Assembly: GCA_964452465.1 (NCBI GenBank)
Contig: CAYVMD010000006.1
Span: 2,425 to 66,424, forward strand
Reading direction: 5' to 3'
DNA from: an uncultured bacterium
GTDB lineage: Bacteria; Armatimonadota; JACIXR01
Length of the DNA stretch: 64,000 nt
Position 1 is the stretch's first letter. Every line of letters begins with the position of its first letter. Under the pieces are notes generated by a model, which had not been told where the DNA came from, searched no databases, and was given only the letters and a program-made list of their open reading frames with translations. Positions 41,285 to 50,690 of this stretch are shown one piece after another. Position numbers and translations under genes: made by a program.

Positions 41285-43016
41285 CCTCTTCCCTCATCTG
41301 AAGCTCATATAGCTTGGCGTAAAGCCCTCCCTTCTCCAACAACTCCTTATGCGTTCCCTCCTCCACTATCCTTCCCTTATCCAAGACCACAATCCTATCC
41401 GCAACCCTGGCGGTGGATAAGCGATGGGCGACGAGCACTATGGTTTGTTCTCCTCGAGATAGGTTGTTCAACAAGGCTTGCTCCGAAATGGAATCCAAAT
41501 TCGCTGTAGCTTCATCCAGTATCAGGATGGAGGGCTTTCTTAAGAGCGCCCTTGCTATCGCCAGCCTTTGTTTTTGCCCCGCTGAAAGCGTCACTCCCCT
41601 CTCTCCTATGTAACTATCCAACCCCTCGGGAAGGGAGGCGACGAACTCCCAAAGCCCAACCTTTTCCAAGGCAGATCTCATCTCCTCCTCGCTTACCTCG
41701 TTCGCATAGGAAAGGTTTTCCCTTATCGTGCCGGCAAATACCAAAGGTTCCTGAGAGACTATCGCTATCTGTTTTCGTAGAGAGGGGATCCTCACCTCTC
41801 TTATATCCCAATCGTCTATCCTTATCTCGCCCTCTTTAGGCTCGAAGAAACGGGGGATGAGGTCAACGAGGCTCGTCTTGCCTGCCCCCGAGGGACCGAC
41901 GATGGCTATCATTTCGCCCTTTTTAATCTCCAAGTTTATTCCCTCCAAAACCGCTGTCCCATTATAGGATAAGGAAACATTGCTGAACTTCAATTCCCTT
42001 TGGAAGGAAGGAAGCTCCACTACGCCTTCCTTTTCCTCTTGGATGGTTGGCTCCAAGAGCTCTAATAAACGAGAGGCTGCCCCCGCGCTCTGCTGTAGGT
42101 TCATTATAACTTCCCCCCAATTCCTCAGGTTTTGATAGAGCATTTGGAGCAGGATTATGAACTCCGTTAACTTCCCCAGATTAAAATTGCTACCCGCCTT
42201 TATTATTTGCCAACTGGCGAAGAGGATTATGAATACCACCCCAATCGCCCCAGCCAATTCTATCAAAGGGATGAGTAACGCTCGTAATCTGATCCCCCTC
42301 ATGATCGCCCCAAAGGTTTGGGAAAGGGTGGTGGAGAATCGCTTCCTTTCCAATTCCTCGGCACATAGCCCCTTGACCTCCTTAACGAAGGAAAGGAAAT
42401 GTTCCAATCGGTTATTGATATCCCCAAACCTTTGCTGGATCTCCACCTGTATCCGGCGCATTTTCTTCCCCGCTAAATCTATCACATATCCGAGCAGGGG
42501 GATGGCGGTCACGCTGAAGAGGGAAAGTTGCCAATTTAGCATGAGGAGTCTGACCATAAAGGCTATTACCAATATGGGAGTGACGAATATCCTTTCCAAT
42601 ACTGTTGGTAGGGTTTCCTCTATAACTCTTACATCCACTACTACCCGGGATATCAGGTCACCTGCGCGTCTACGATGGAAGAAGGGCAAGGGGAGAAAGA
42701 GGAGGCGGGAGAGGAGAAGTTCCCTGATCTCCATCCCTATCCTATGGGCAACCCATCCCAAAAAGTAGGAGGAACAATAAAAGAATAATCCTTTGAAGGT
42801 ATAAGCTGCTATCCCAAGGGCGCAGACGATGGCTATGGTGTGGAAATCCTTTCCCCCTATGCTGGAGATGGCCTCTCGGGCCAACCTTGCCACCAATACC
42901 CCTAACAACCCCGCCCCTGCTGAGCCGATTAACCCGAGGAGCGTCCTTTTAAGGTATTTCCTAACCCAGGATGCAAGCCAAGGAATTGGTTTCATATGCT
43001 CACATAATTTTACCAT
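41268..43016 (-). CDS. msbA: Lipid A export ABC transporter (permease plus ATPase)
   Basis: Six TM helices, Walker A GPSGAGKTS, signature LSAGQKQRLAIARALL. Its 3' end overlaps the waaA start. Confidence 0.85.
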   Translation of the reverse strand: MVKLCEHMKPIPWLASWVRKYLKRTLLGLIGSAGAGLLGVLVARLAREAISSIGGKDFHTIAIVCALGIAAYTFKGLFFYCSSYFLGWVAHRIGMEIRELLLSRLLFLPLPFFHRRRAGDLISRVVVDVRVIEETLPTVLERIFVTPILVIAFMVRLLMLNWQLSLFSVTAIPLLGYVIDLAGKKMRRIQVEIQQRFGDINNRLEHFLSFVKEVKGLCAEELERKRFSTTLSQTFGAIMRGIRLRALLIPLIELAGAIGVVFIILFASWQIIKAGSNFNLGKLTEFIILLQMLYQNLRNWGEVIMNLQQSAGAASRLLELLEPTIQEEKEGVVELPSFQRELKFSNVSLSYNGTAVLEGINLEIKKGEMIAIVGPSGAGKTSLVDLIPRFFEPKEGEIRIDDWDIREVRIPSLRKQIAIVSQEPLVFAGTIRENLSYANEVSEEEMRSALEKVGLWEFVASLPEGLDSYIGERGVTLSAGQKQRLAIARALLRKPSILILDEATANLDSISEQALLNNLSRGEQTIVLVAHRLSTARVADRIVVLDKGRIVEEGTHKELLEKGGLYAKLYELQMREEDEKVS

Positions 43017-43162
43017 GTTCTCTTGGATTTTGGAAGTTTCGCGCTTCTAATGCAAGATAAAGCCCTAAAGGAGGAGCCTAACTCAATTTAGAATAGATTT
43101 TATTTAGAGGAAAAAACGGTTTCCCCCTTGACTAACTGTTCCGAAGGGGAGAAAATAATAGG

Positions 43163-43687
43163 ATGGGAGAGATGAAGAAGATAGGCAATATAAGCATAGA
43201 GGTAATAAAGGGCGATATAACGGAGATGGAATGCGATGCCATAGTAAATGCTGCCAATAATCGCCTTTGGATGGGGGGTGGAGTTGCCGGCGCTATAAAA
43301 AGAAAGGGTGGGATAGAAATAGAAAAGGAAGCGGTCGCCAAAGGGCCTATAGGGATAGGGGAAGCGATCCATACCTCCGCTGGAAGCCTCAAAGCGAAGT
43401 TCGTCATCCATGCCGCGGTCATGGGCGATGATAGGACCACGGATTGGGAGAAAATCTATAAGGCAACGAAGAGCAGCTTGGAACTGGCGGAGCGATTGGG
43501 GGTTAAATCCATGGCCTTCCCTGCCCTCGGCACGGGGGTAGGGGGATTCCCCTATAAGGAGAGCGCCCGTGCCATGCTCCAGGCGATAGAGGAAGTAGCC
43601 CCAAGCACCTCCAACCTCGAGCGGATAGTCTTCGTCCTTTGGGATGAACCTGCTTACCAAGCCTTTAAAGAGGTGATTGAGGGATGA
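43163..43687 (+). CDS. Macro domain protein (O-acetyl-ADP-ribose deacetylase / YmdB-like)
   Basis: IKGDITEMECDAIVNAANNRLWMGGGVAGAI and HAAVMG macro motifs. Confidence 0.8.
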   Translation: MGEMKKIGNISIEVIKGDITEMECDAIVNAANNRLWMGGGVAGAIKRKGGIEIEKEAVAKGPIGIGEAIHTSAGSLKAKFVIHAAVMGDDRTTDWEKIYKATKSSLELAERLGVKSMAFPALGTGVGGFPYKESARAMLQAIEEVAPSTSNLERIVFVLWDEPAYQAFKEVIEG

Positions 43688-44556
43688 AAAGATGCCTATT
43701 TGTTTTGCTCCTTCCCCTCTTTGCTTTCGCTTCCCCCGCTGAGGAATATCTCAACCTTCTCAAATCTAATCGCTATGCGGAATTCGCCGGGAAGATAATC
43801 GGGATCGTGAAATCCTCTAGTTCTACCACCGTCCTGCTCCAAGAAGGCGATCTTACCAAATGCGTAAAGTTAGCCTCCTCTGCTAACTTGGATATAGGTA
43901 AGGAGGTCAGGATGCTCCTTAAGCCCCTGGGGGATGGGCAGTATGAACTCGTCATGGCTATAGATGCCTCCGAGATCAAGGAAACCCCTCCTCAAACCCA
44001 AGCCACTCAGCCTTCTTATTTCCTCTATTTCCCCGTCTCTAAATCCTCGCGGGGGAATCTCACCAGTCGTTCCCTCCCCATCCAAATTCCCAATGATATA
44101 GTGCAAGCCTATAAAAGAGCGGTCCTATACTTCAATCCTCGCCTTAAGGATGAGGATGCGGAGTTGATCGCTAAGGCGATCCTTTACTTCAGTGTGGAGA
44201 ACAATTTAGATCCGCGCCTCGTCGTAGCGGTGATCGCTGTGGAATCGGGCTTCAATCCCTCTGCTGTTTCCAAGAAGGGGGCTATGGGGTTGGGGCAACT
44301 CATGCCAGTGAATGTCCGAGGGATGGGAGTGAAGAACCCCTTTGATCCTCTTGAGAACCTCTCTGCTTCCATTCGCCTCATAAGGGGACATTTGGAGCAG
44401 TTCGAGGGGCATCCCCAACAATTAGCCCTTGCCCTTGCCTGCTACAATGCGGGCTCGGGAGCGGTTAGGAGATATGGGGGAGTGCCTCCTTACAAGGAAA
44501 CCCAGAATTATATCAAGAAGGTCACGGAGCTTTATAGAAAGATATGCGGATACTGA
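43684..44556 (+). CDS. Secreted lytic transglycosylase (SLT domain)
   Basis: ATGA overlap with the macro gene. Signal peptide. SLT motifs AVESGFNPSAVSKKGAMGLGQLMP and ALACYNAGSGAV. Confidence 0.8.
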   Translation: MKRCLFVLLLPLFAFASPAEEYLNLLKSNRYAEFAGKIIGIVKSSSSTTVLLQEGDLTKCVKLASSANLDIGKEVRMLLKPLGDGQYELVMAIDASEIKETPPQTQATQPSYFLYFPVSKSSRGNLTSRSLPIQIPNDIVQAYKRAVLYFNPRLKDEDAELIAKAILYFSVENNLDPRLVVAVIAVESGFNPSAVSKKGAMGLGQLMPVNVRGMGVKNPFDPLENLSASIRLIRGHLEQFEGHPQQLALALACYNAGSGAVRRYGGVPPYKETQNYIKKVTELYRKICGY

Positions 44557-44569
44557 AGAAGATGAGAAG

Positions 44570-45274
44570 ATGCGAGAGAAGATAGCCTTGCTTTGGCAGT
44601 TGGAGCAAATAGACACTGCCATTCAGCGAAAACTGGGAGAGATGGCGAATTTGGACGATGGTAGCGCTTTAGCAAAAGTTGCGGAGGGGCTTCGGGAAGA
44701 GGTAGCAAAACTGAGAAAGGAATTGGAGAAGATGCAGAGAGAGATGCGGGACAAGGAGCTGGAAGCGAGGAGCTTGGAGGAGAAACGCAAATCAATGGAG
44801 AAAAGGATGTATGGGGGGTTCGTGAGCAATCCCAAGGAATTGGAAGCGATGGAGAAGGACATAGCGATGTTGAAGAAAAACCAAGATGCATTGGAGGAAA
44901 GGGTTATAGAACTCATGTACTTGATCGAGGAGAAAACCCCTGTTCTCCAGGAGATGGAAAGGGAACTCCAAAATAAGGAGAAGGAACTCCAGGAGATCCA
45001 AACCAATTATCAGCAAACGGTTCAAACCCTCTCAAGCGAGGTTGCTTCCCTTAAGGAAAGGAGGGAAGCCCTCCTTCCCTCCATCGACCCCCACCTTTTA
45101 GAACGCTATAACGAGATAAGGGAAAGGGAAGGTGCGGGGGTGTCCAAGATTGTTTCGGGCATCTGCAGTCACTGCAACTTGGGCGTTAGCCCTCGCCTCC
45201 TCTCCAAACTCCAGGAGGATCAAACCCTCGTTTATTGTGAGCACTGTGGTTGTATCCTCTACCTTGAGAAATAA
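44570..45274 (+). CDS. Coiled-coil protein with a C-terminal C4 zinc ribbon (COG1579/DUF164-like)
   Basis: ATG just after the SLT stop. Long heptad-rich coiled coil. C-terminal CSHCNLGVS...YCEHCGCIL. Confidence 0.65.
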   Translation: MREKIALLWQLEQIDTAIQRKLGEMANLDDGSALAKVAEGLREEVAKLRKELEKMQREMRDKELEARSLEEKRKSMEKRMYGGFVSNPKELEAMEKDIAMLKKNQDALEERVIELMYLIEEKTPVLQEMERELQNKEKELQEIQTNYQQTVQTLSSEVASLKERREALLPSIDPHLLERYNEIREREGAGVSKIVSGICSHCNLGVSPRLLSKLQEDQTLVYCEHCGCILYLEK

Positions 45275-45689
45275 CGAATCCCAGGACATCACCATCATCA
45301 TAGACGGAGCTTCCCGAGGCAATCCCGGTGAGGCTTTCCTTGCCGTTTGTTTTCTTCGGGGCGACGAAATCGTTGCCTCGCTATCTCGCTTCATAGGAAC
45401 TGCGACCAATAATCAAGCGGAATGGCTCGCCTTTCTTCATGCCCTTCGCTTCGCTAAGCTACTCGGTCTCGAGAAGATAAAGATCCTCACCGATAGCGTG
45501 CTCCTGTTTCAACAGTGGAAGGGGTCTTTCAAGACCAAAGCACCTCAACTGAAACAGTTCCTTATCCAAGGGAAGGAGCTAGCTAATTCCTTCCAGGAGG
45601 TGGACCTCGTCCTTGTCCCCAGGAAGATGGTGAGGATAGCCCATAACCTTGCCCATAGATGCCTTAAAACTACCGAAAAGGAGGAATAA
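45246..45689 (+). CDS. rnhA: Ribonuclease HI family protein
   Basis: IIIDGASRGNPGEA plus the catalytic D/E pattern. The start is uncertain (GTG 45246 or TTG 45264). The gene overlaps the zinc-ribbon gene's end; this pairing is commonly conserved. Confidence 0.7.
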   Translation: MVVSSTLRNNESQDITIIIDGASRGNPGEAFLAVCFLRGDEIVASLSRFIGTATNNQAEWLAFLHALRFAKLLGLEKIKILTDSVLLFQQWKGSFKTKAPQLKQFLIQGKELANSFQEVDLVLVPRKMVRIAHNLAHRCLKTTEKEE

Positions 45690-45691
45690 AA

Positions 45692-46279
45692 ATGCAGGAG
45701 GAAATAACCCTCCCCCCTCCTCTAAAGAGAGGAGGCGTCTCCCTGGAGGAATCGCTTTGGCGAAGGAGATCAGTGCGCCAATTCTCTCCTCAGCCCTTGT
45801 CATGGGAGGAGATAGGGCAGATACTCTGGGCAGGGCAGGGGATATCCGAGGAAGAAATGGGCTTCCGCACCGCTCCCTCCGCTGGCGCTACCTTCCCCCT
45901 CTTCCTGTATGCCTTGCTCCCCCAAGGAACCTTTAAATACATCCCCCATTCCCACAAACTTCGCCAAATATCACCAAAGGACCTTCGTTCCCAACTCGCC
46001 GTTGTCTCCCTCTATCAATCCTTCATCGCCCAGGCCCCCTTGGTCGTCCTCATTTCCGCCGATTACGCTCGCACGACCCATCGCTACGGCCGGAGGGGCA
46101 TCCGCTATGTGGACATAGAGGTTGGGCATGTGGGGCAGAACATCCAACTTCAAGCGGTGGCTCTGGGGCTTGCCTCGGTATGTGTAGGTGCCTTCGAGGA
46201 TGAGGAGGTTAAGGCGCTCATTCCCCTCCCTCCCGAGGAAGAGCCTTTGTATATCATCCCTGTAGGACATCCAAGATGA
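45692..46279 (+). CDS. Nitroreductase-family protein (SagB/ThcOx-type dehydrogenase domain)
   Basis: RBS AAGGAGG. LEESLWRRRSVRQFSPQPLSWEEIGQILWAGQGI matches the nitroreductase fold. Confidence 0.65.
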   Translation: MQEEITLPPPLKRGGVSLEESLWRRRSVRQFSPQPLSWEEIGQILWAGQGISEEEMGFRTAPSAGATFPLFLYALLPQGTFKYIPHSHKLRQISPKDLRSQLAVVSLYQSFIAQAPLVVLISADYARTTHRYGRRGIRYVDIEVGHVGQNIQLQAVALGLASVCVGAFEDEEVKALIPLPPEEEPLYIIPVGHPR

Positions 46280-46743
46280 GGAGATTCATCGGGGTAATAG
46301 GAGCATCCAATCCCCCTCTCGACCTCATCCCAGTGGCTGAGAGGGTGGGGGAGGAGATAGCGAGCAGAGAGGGGATTCTGATCTGTGGAGGAATGGGAGG
46401 AGTGATGGAGGCGGTCTGTAGGGGAGCGAAAAGGCGGGGAGGTCTCACCATAGGAATTCTCCCCACTACATCCCGGGAGGACGCTAATCCCTTCGTGGAT
46501 ATTCCCATCCCTACGGGGATGGGTTATGCGAGGAACATAATAATCGTTCTCTCTTCCGAAGCACTCATCGCTATTGGGGGAGCTTATGGCACCCTCACGG
46601 AGATCGCCTTCGCCCTCCACTTCCAAAGACCAATAATAGGGCTATCCACCTGGCGCATTCAGGGCCAAGAGGGAGAGGTAAAGGACATAATTTATGTGGA
46701 TGACCCTGTCTTGGCTGTAAAACTCGCTATGGAAGGAGGATAG
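46276..46743 (+). CDS. TIGR00725/LOG-like Rossmann-fold nucleotide-binding protein (SLOG superfamily)
   Basis: ATGA overlap with the upstream gene. IGVIGASNPP...ICGGMGGVMEAVCRGAKRRGGLTIGILP matches this family. Confidence 0.65.
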   Translation: MRRFIGVIGASNPPLDLIPVAERVGEEIASREGILICGGMGGVMEAVCRGAKRRGGLTIGILPTTSREDANPFVDIPIPTGMGYARNIIIVLSSEALIAIGGAYGTLTEIAFALHFQRPIIGLSTWRIQGQEGEVKDIIYVDDPVLAVKLAMEGG

Positions 46744-46744
46744 A

Positions 46745-47023
46745 ATGGCGCGCAAGAGGGTAGAGATAGAAGTCTTCGGGCGAGTGCAAAGGGTAGGCTA
46801 TCGTTTCTATGTGGAGGATGTAGCGTTGAAATACCGCCTGGAAGGCTATGTGCGCAACACGAGGCGGGGGTCAGTGGAGATAGTCGCGGAAGGAGAGGAG
46901 GATACCCTCTGCAATTTCATAAGCGAATTGAGGAAGGCTCCACCTCCCGCCAGGGTCGATGATATAAAGATACTTTGGGGAGAGCCTAAGGATGAGTTCC
47001 GCCGTTTCGAGATTCGCTATTGA
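46745..47023 (+). CDS. acyP: Acylphosphatase
   Basis: VEIEVFGRVQRVGYRFYVEDVALKYRLEGYVRNTRRGSVEIVAEG is a canonical AcyP sequence. Confidence 0.85.
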   Translation: MARKRVEIEVFGRVQRVGYRFYVEDVALKYRLEGYVRNTRRGSVEIVAEGEEDTLCNFISELRKAPPPARVDDIKILWGEPKDEFRRFEIRY

Positions 47024-47690
47024 GGATGTAAAAGAGCGCCTCCTTCTGATAAACGAACTGTTGGAAAAGCGCTTCGGAACGCCCCGGAGGGAGGCATTGC
47101 CCCCGCTGGACGAGCTCATCCGCACCATCCTTTCCCAGAACACCTCCGATAAGAATTCCCATAGAGCCTTCGCTAATCTGAAGCGGGCTTTCCCCGATTG
47201 GCATTCCCTCCTTTCCGCTCCTCTTTCCCAAATCGAGGAGGCGATCAGGATCGGCGGGCTCTCCCAAATAAAGGCCAAGAGGATCAAGGAGATAGTGGAA
47301 AGATTAAAGGAGATGGATCCTTCCCTCACGCTTTCCTTTCTTTCCGACTATACCCCTGAGGAGATAAAGCAGTTTCTCCTTTCCCTTCCCGGTGTGGGGG
47401 CGAAAACCACCGCCTGCGTGCTTCTCTTTTCCCTAAAGAAGCCCGCCTTTCCCGTGGATACCCATATCCTGCGCATTTCCAGGCGGTTGTGCCTCGCTCA
47501 GGGAAAGACCTCTCCGGATAACCTTCAAACCTTCTACGAGGCGCATCTGCCCTCTCATCTTTATCTTCCCCTCCACCTAAACCTCATTCGCTTGGGCAGG
47601 GAGATCTGCCATCCTCGGAAGCCCCTGTGCCATATTTGTCCTCTCGAAGGGATCTGCCCAAAGGGAGCATGCGATTCGGATTCCAGGTGA
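46992..47690 (+). CDS. nth: Endonuclease III family DNA glycosylase (HhH-GPD, 4Fe-4S)
   Basis: HhH motif LPGVGAKTTACVLLFSL. C-terminal Cys-x6-Cys-x2-Cys-x5-Cys cluster CHPRKPLCHICPLEGIC. Confidence 0.8.
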   Translation: MSSAVSRFAIEDVKERLLLINELLEKRFGTPRREALPPLDELIRTILSQNTSDKNSHRAFANLKRAFPDWHSLLSAPLSQIEEAIRIGGLSQIKAKRIKEIVERLKEMDPSLTLSFLSDYTPEEIKQFLLSLPGVGAKTTACVLLFSLKKPAFPVDTHILRISRRLCLAQGKTSPDNLQTFYEAHLPSHLYLPLHLNLIRLGREICHPRKPLCHICPLEGICPKGACDSDSR

Positions 47691-48532
47691 AGATAAGCGA
47701 GGGCTACGAGAAAGCCCTCGCCTACGCGCTCAAGATCGGCTGCGAGTGCATCCAAACCCTCATTACAAGCCCTCTTACCTGGCATTTGAGGACTAATATC
47801 CCCGCCCTCCGGGAGTACATCGCCTCCCTTCGTTCCCACGATATCCAGCCCATCGCTATCCATGCCCCCTACCTCCTAAACCTCGCCTCACCAGAGGGGA
47901 CGATCTACGAAAAATCACTTCAAGCTCTCATGGATGAGTTTCATATCGCCCAGGAGGTGGAGGCGGATTTCCTCATCGTTCATGCGGGAAGCCATAGGGG
48001 GCAGAATGGTAAGGAGGGCGTGAAGAGGCTGATCTCCGCCCTGAAGGCTGTTGAACGCTCCTTCGCTTCCTCTCCTGAAAAATCTCCCATACTTTTAGTG
48101 GAGAACACGGCGGGGGGAGGAGGGGAAATAGGGGCTTCGTTGGAGGAGTTGGAGGAAATACTGAATCACATATCCTGGCAGGGGATCGGGATTTGCTTGG
48201 ATACCTGCCACCTCTGCGCCTATGGTTATGATCTAAGTTCTCCCCGCGGGGTGGAGGGGTTAGCCAAAGAGGCGAAGAAGAGGTTGGGGGATAGGCTTCA
48301 CTTAATCCACCTCAACGATTGCAAGGCGCCCTGCGGGAGCAAATACGACAGGCATGAGAATTTGGGCGAGGGAAGCATAGGGCTGGCAGGCTTCAGGGCG
48401 ATAATAAACCATCCCTTCTTTTCCCCCCTCCCAGCCATCATGGAAACCCCGGCCAGTTATCAGGATGACCTCCGCAACATCGCCCTTGCCAAGCGCCTTC
48501 GTGCTACTCCCCCTGGATCCTCCTCAAAGTGA
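47669..48532 (+). CDS. nfo: Endonuclease IV (AP endonuclease family 2)
   Basis: Xylose-isomerase-like TIM barrel. MRFGFQV start, then ILLVENTAGGGGEIG and DTCHLCAYGYD metal-binding motifs. Confidence 0.8.
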   Translation: MRFGFQVKISEGYEKALAYALKIGCECIQTLITSPLTWHLRTNIPALREYIASLRSHDIQPIAIHAPYLLNLASPEGTIYEKSLQALMDEFHIAQEVEADFLIVHAGSHRGQNGKEGVKRLISALKAVERSFASSPEKSPILLVENTAGGGGEIGASLEELEEILNHISWQGIGICLDTCHLCAYGYDLSSPRGVEGLAKEAKKRLGDRLHLIHLNDCKAPCGSKYDRHENLGEGSIGLAGFRAIINHPFFSPLPAIMETPASYQDDLRNIALAKRLRATPPGSSSK

Positions 48533-50462
48533 GCAGGGCGGAGCCAGGCGCCTTGTCTATCCTGAGGGTTATGCCTCTCGCCAATTCCCTGCCGGTCAGC
48601 GTTCTCCTTTCCCCCCGATCCTGATCGATAACCTCGAAGAGGGCTTTGGCGGGAAGTCCCTTTAGGTTCAACTTTATCTCCGATACAGGGCAAAGATGGC
48701 GCCTAAAGGCAAGCACCATTCCTTCCCCTAAATCCTCCCTGTAGAACTGATAGGCCATGAAGGCATCGTCGCTCGTGCTATAGGGGGTGAGGGGGTAGTA
48801 ATCGCCAAGGAAAAGTCCCCTAACCCTCCTGAACTCCTCTATCCTTCTTTTCGCCTCCTCCAAAGGGAAATCGGGAGCATAGATGTTCCAAGATACTACC
48901 ATTCCATTGTTCATTGAACTGCGGAAGACATAGGCTTCCGGGGAACCGCAACCTGTGCTCGTCGTGGGTAGGTAGTAGTTGATCCCGTAAGTGTGGCATT
49001 GATAACCGTTCGGCTCGAAATATTGATAGTCGGTGCGCCAGAGGGCAACGCTCCTGGAGATGGTTTCCAGATCTATTCGCCTACCTCCGCTGGCGCAGTT
49101 GTCGATTATTAGCCCGGGATGGCGCCTCAGTAGTTCGTCCCAAAAGGCGTAGAAGCCCTCTATATACCTTATCTCCGTTATTCCCTGCCTATCCTCGGGA
49201 TCGGCAGAGCGCCAGAAGGGCAGGGGGTCTATGTTGAAGTCGTGTCTGTAGACATTTATCCCCTCCCTTTCGATCATCTGAGAGATGTGATGGGTCAGCC
49301 ATCTCCGCGCCTCCTCATTGCCCAGGTTCAAAAGCCCATTGGGGTTCCCCGGCAATCTTAAAATCCAGTCCGGGTGTTCCCTATCTAGCCAAGTGCCCTG
49401 GAAGACCCGCTCTGGCTCGAACCAGAGGAGGAAGCCCTTCATCCCCATATCCTTGACCGCTTCGGAAACAGGGCGAAGCCCGCGAGGAAAACCATCCTTG
49501 CGAGGAAACCAGTTGCCCACCCCATTCGGCCACTTCCCCTCGAACCACCCCGCATCTATCCACCAATAATCGAAGTCGAGCTCCAATTCGCGGAAACGCT
49601 TGGCAAAGGCGATCTGGTTCTCCTCGTTTGCATCGTTGAACTCTATATCCGTGAGGGAAGGGTCGTAATAGCGCGGTGAGCCGGTGGCGGAGAAGGGGAG
49701 CTCCAAGGGCTTGGGAGCAATGTGGTCTATAATGAACCGGCGGAAGAGGTTCTGGCCTATAAAGAAATCCCTTCCCTTCCAGGAGAGGAGAAGAATGCGG
49801 GGAGAACGAATCTCCTCGCCCGGGTAAAGCTTGAGGTGGGTCAATTCCATGCCCGCTCGCACCTTAACGGAGGAGTTGGCATCCCCCTCGAAGGAAGCGC
49901 ACCACTGCCCCGACCAACCTATGGCGATGATCACCCCTCCCTTGCCCCGGAACTCTATGTGGAAGAAAGGGAGGGATGTGGTATGGGAAGATCGCCCACC
50001 CAAGGGAGCGATGCGGAGGGAAGTGCCTTGCTTTATTTCCTTCTCTAAAGGGGCGAAATCGTCCCTTTGGGCATTGCTCCCCTTATTGTGATGGAGGATG
50101 ACCCTTAGAGTTCCCGCTGGGGGGACGAAGACGGCGTCCAGCGCCTGGATGTTTTCTATTATGGGGGTGTCTTCCTTGCCCTCGTTCTTGAACCGTAGTA
50201 GCCACTCGATGGCGGGGAAATCCTCGTATTCGAGCGCTTCGCAGGTTACACGGAGGTGGGTTTGAGGGTCGAGGTAGGTGAAGACATGTTGGGTGCCTTT
50301 CCCCTTTATTGCCCTCTGCTGATGGGAGAATTTCCAATGGGGAAGAAGATCCTTGGAGGATCGGCCTTGATAGATGAAGGAGAAAGGGGGCGCGGTTTGG
50401 AAGTCCAGAGGGAGGTAAGCCATCACCGCCAGCCCAAACACGGGAAATCCCAATATGCACAT
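48504..50462 (-). CDS. Glycoside hydrolase family 36-like (alpha-galactosidase family) protein
   Basis: RBS AAAGGAGGGG. Resembles the GH36 N-terminal and catalytic regions (VYRHDFNIDPLPFW, WFEPERV). Cytoplasmic: no signal peptide. Confidence 0.5.
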   Translation of the reverse strand: MCILGFPVFGLAVMAYLPLDFQTAPPFSFIYQGRSSKDLLPHWKFSHQQRAIKGKGTQHVFTYLDPQTHLRVTCEALEYEDFPAIEWLLRFKNEGKEDTPIIENIQALDAVFVPPAGTLRVILHHNKGSNAQRDDFAPLEKEIKQGTSLRIAPLGGRSSHTTSLPFFHIEFRGKGGVIIAIGWSGQWCASFEGDANSSVKVRAGMELTHLKLYPGEEIRSPRILLLSWKGRDFFIGQNLFRRFIIDHIAPKPLELPFSATGSPRYYDPSLTDIEFNDANEENQIAFAKRFRELELDFDYWWIDAGWFEGKWPNGVGNWFPRKDGFPRGLRPVSEAVKDMGMKGFLLWFEPERVFQGTWLDREHPDWILRLPGNPNGLLNLGNEEARRWLTHHISQMIEREGINVYRHDFNIDPLPFWRSADPEDRQGITEIRYIEGFYAFWDELLRRHPGLIIDNCASGGRRIDLETISRSVALWRTDYQYFEPNGYQCHTYGINYYLPTTSTGCGSPEAYVFRSSMNNGMVVSWNIYAPDFPLEEAKRRIEEFRRVRGLFLGDYYPLTPYSTSDDAFMAYQFYREDLGEGMVLAFRRHLCPVSEIKLNLKGLPAKALFEVIDQDRGERRTLTGRELARGITLRIDKAPGSALLTLRRIQGE

Positions 50463-50690
50463 CTCGAGCCCCTCCTTTCGTTGTTTGTCTCATTTTACTA
50501 ACCTCACAGGGGACAGCAAGGAGAAACCGATTGTTCCTCTTTTCCCATCTGTTTTTATCTTCCACCCCTAACTTCCTCCTAATAAACAAGGCAAAGATAG
50601 GGAATGGTGGCGACGATCTGGGAGCGCTTACGACGCAAGAGGTTCGTTGTAGCGGGGTTCGAACGAATAGGAAAATTCCCGAAGACAGTT

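Noticed and set aside
50620-50670. GGGGTTCGAACG, a tRNA T-loop-like motif, in the GH36/binding-protein intergenic region
   Set aside because: No acceptor, D or anticodon stems can be formed around it. It is too short and not embedded in a 70-90 nt cloverleaf, so it is probably a chance match.
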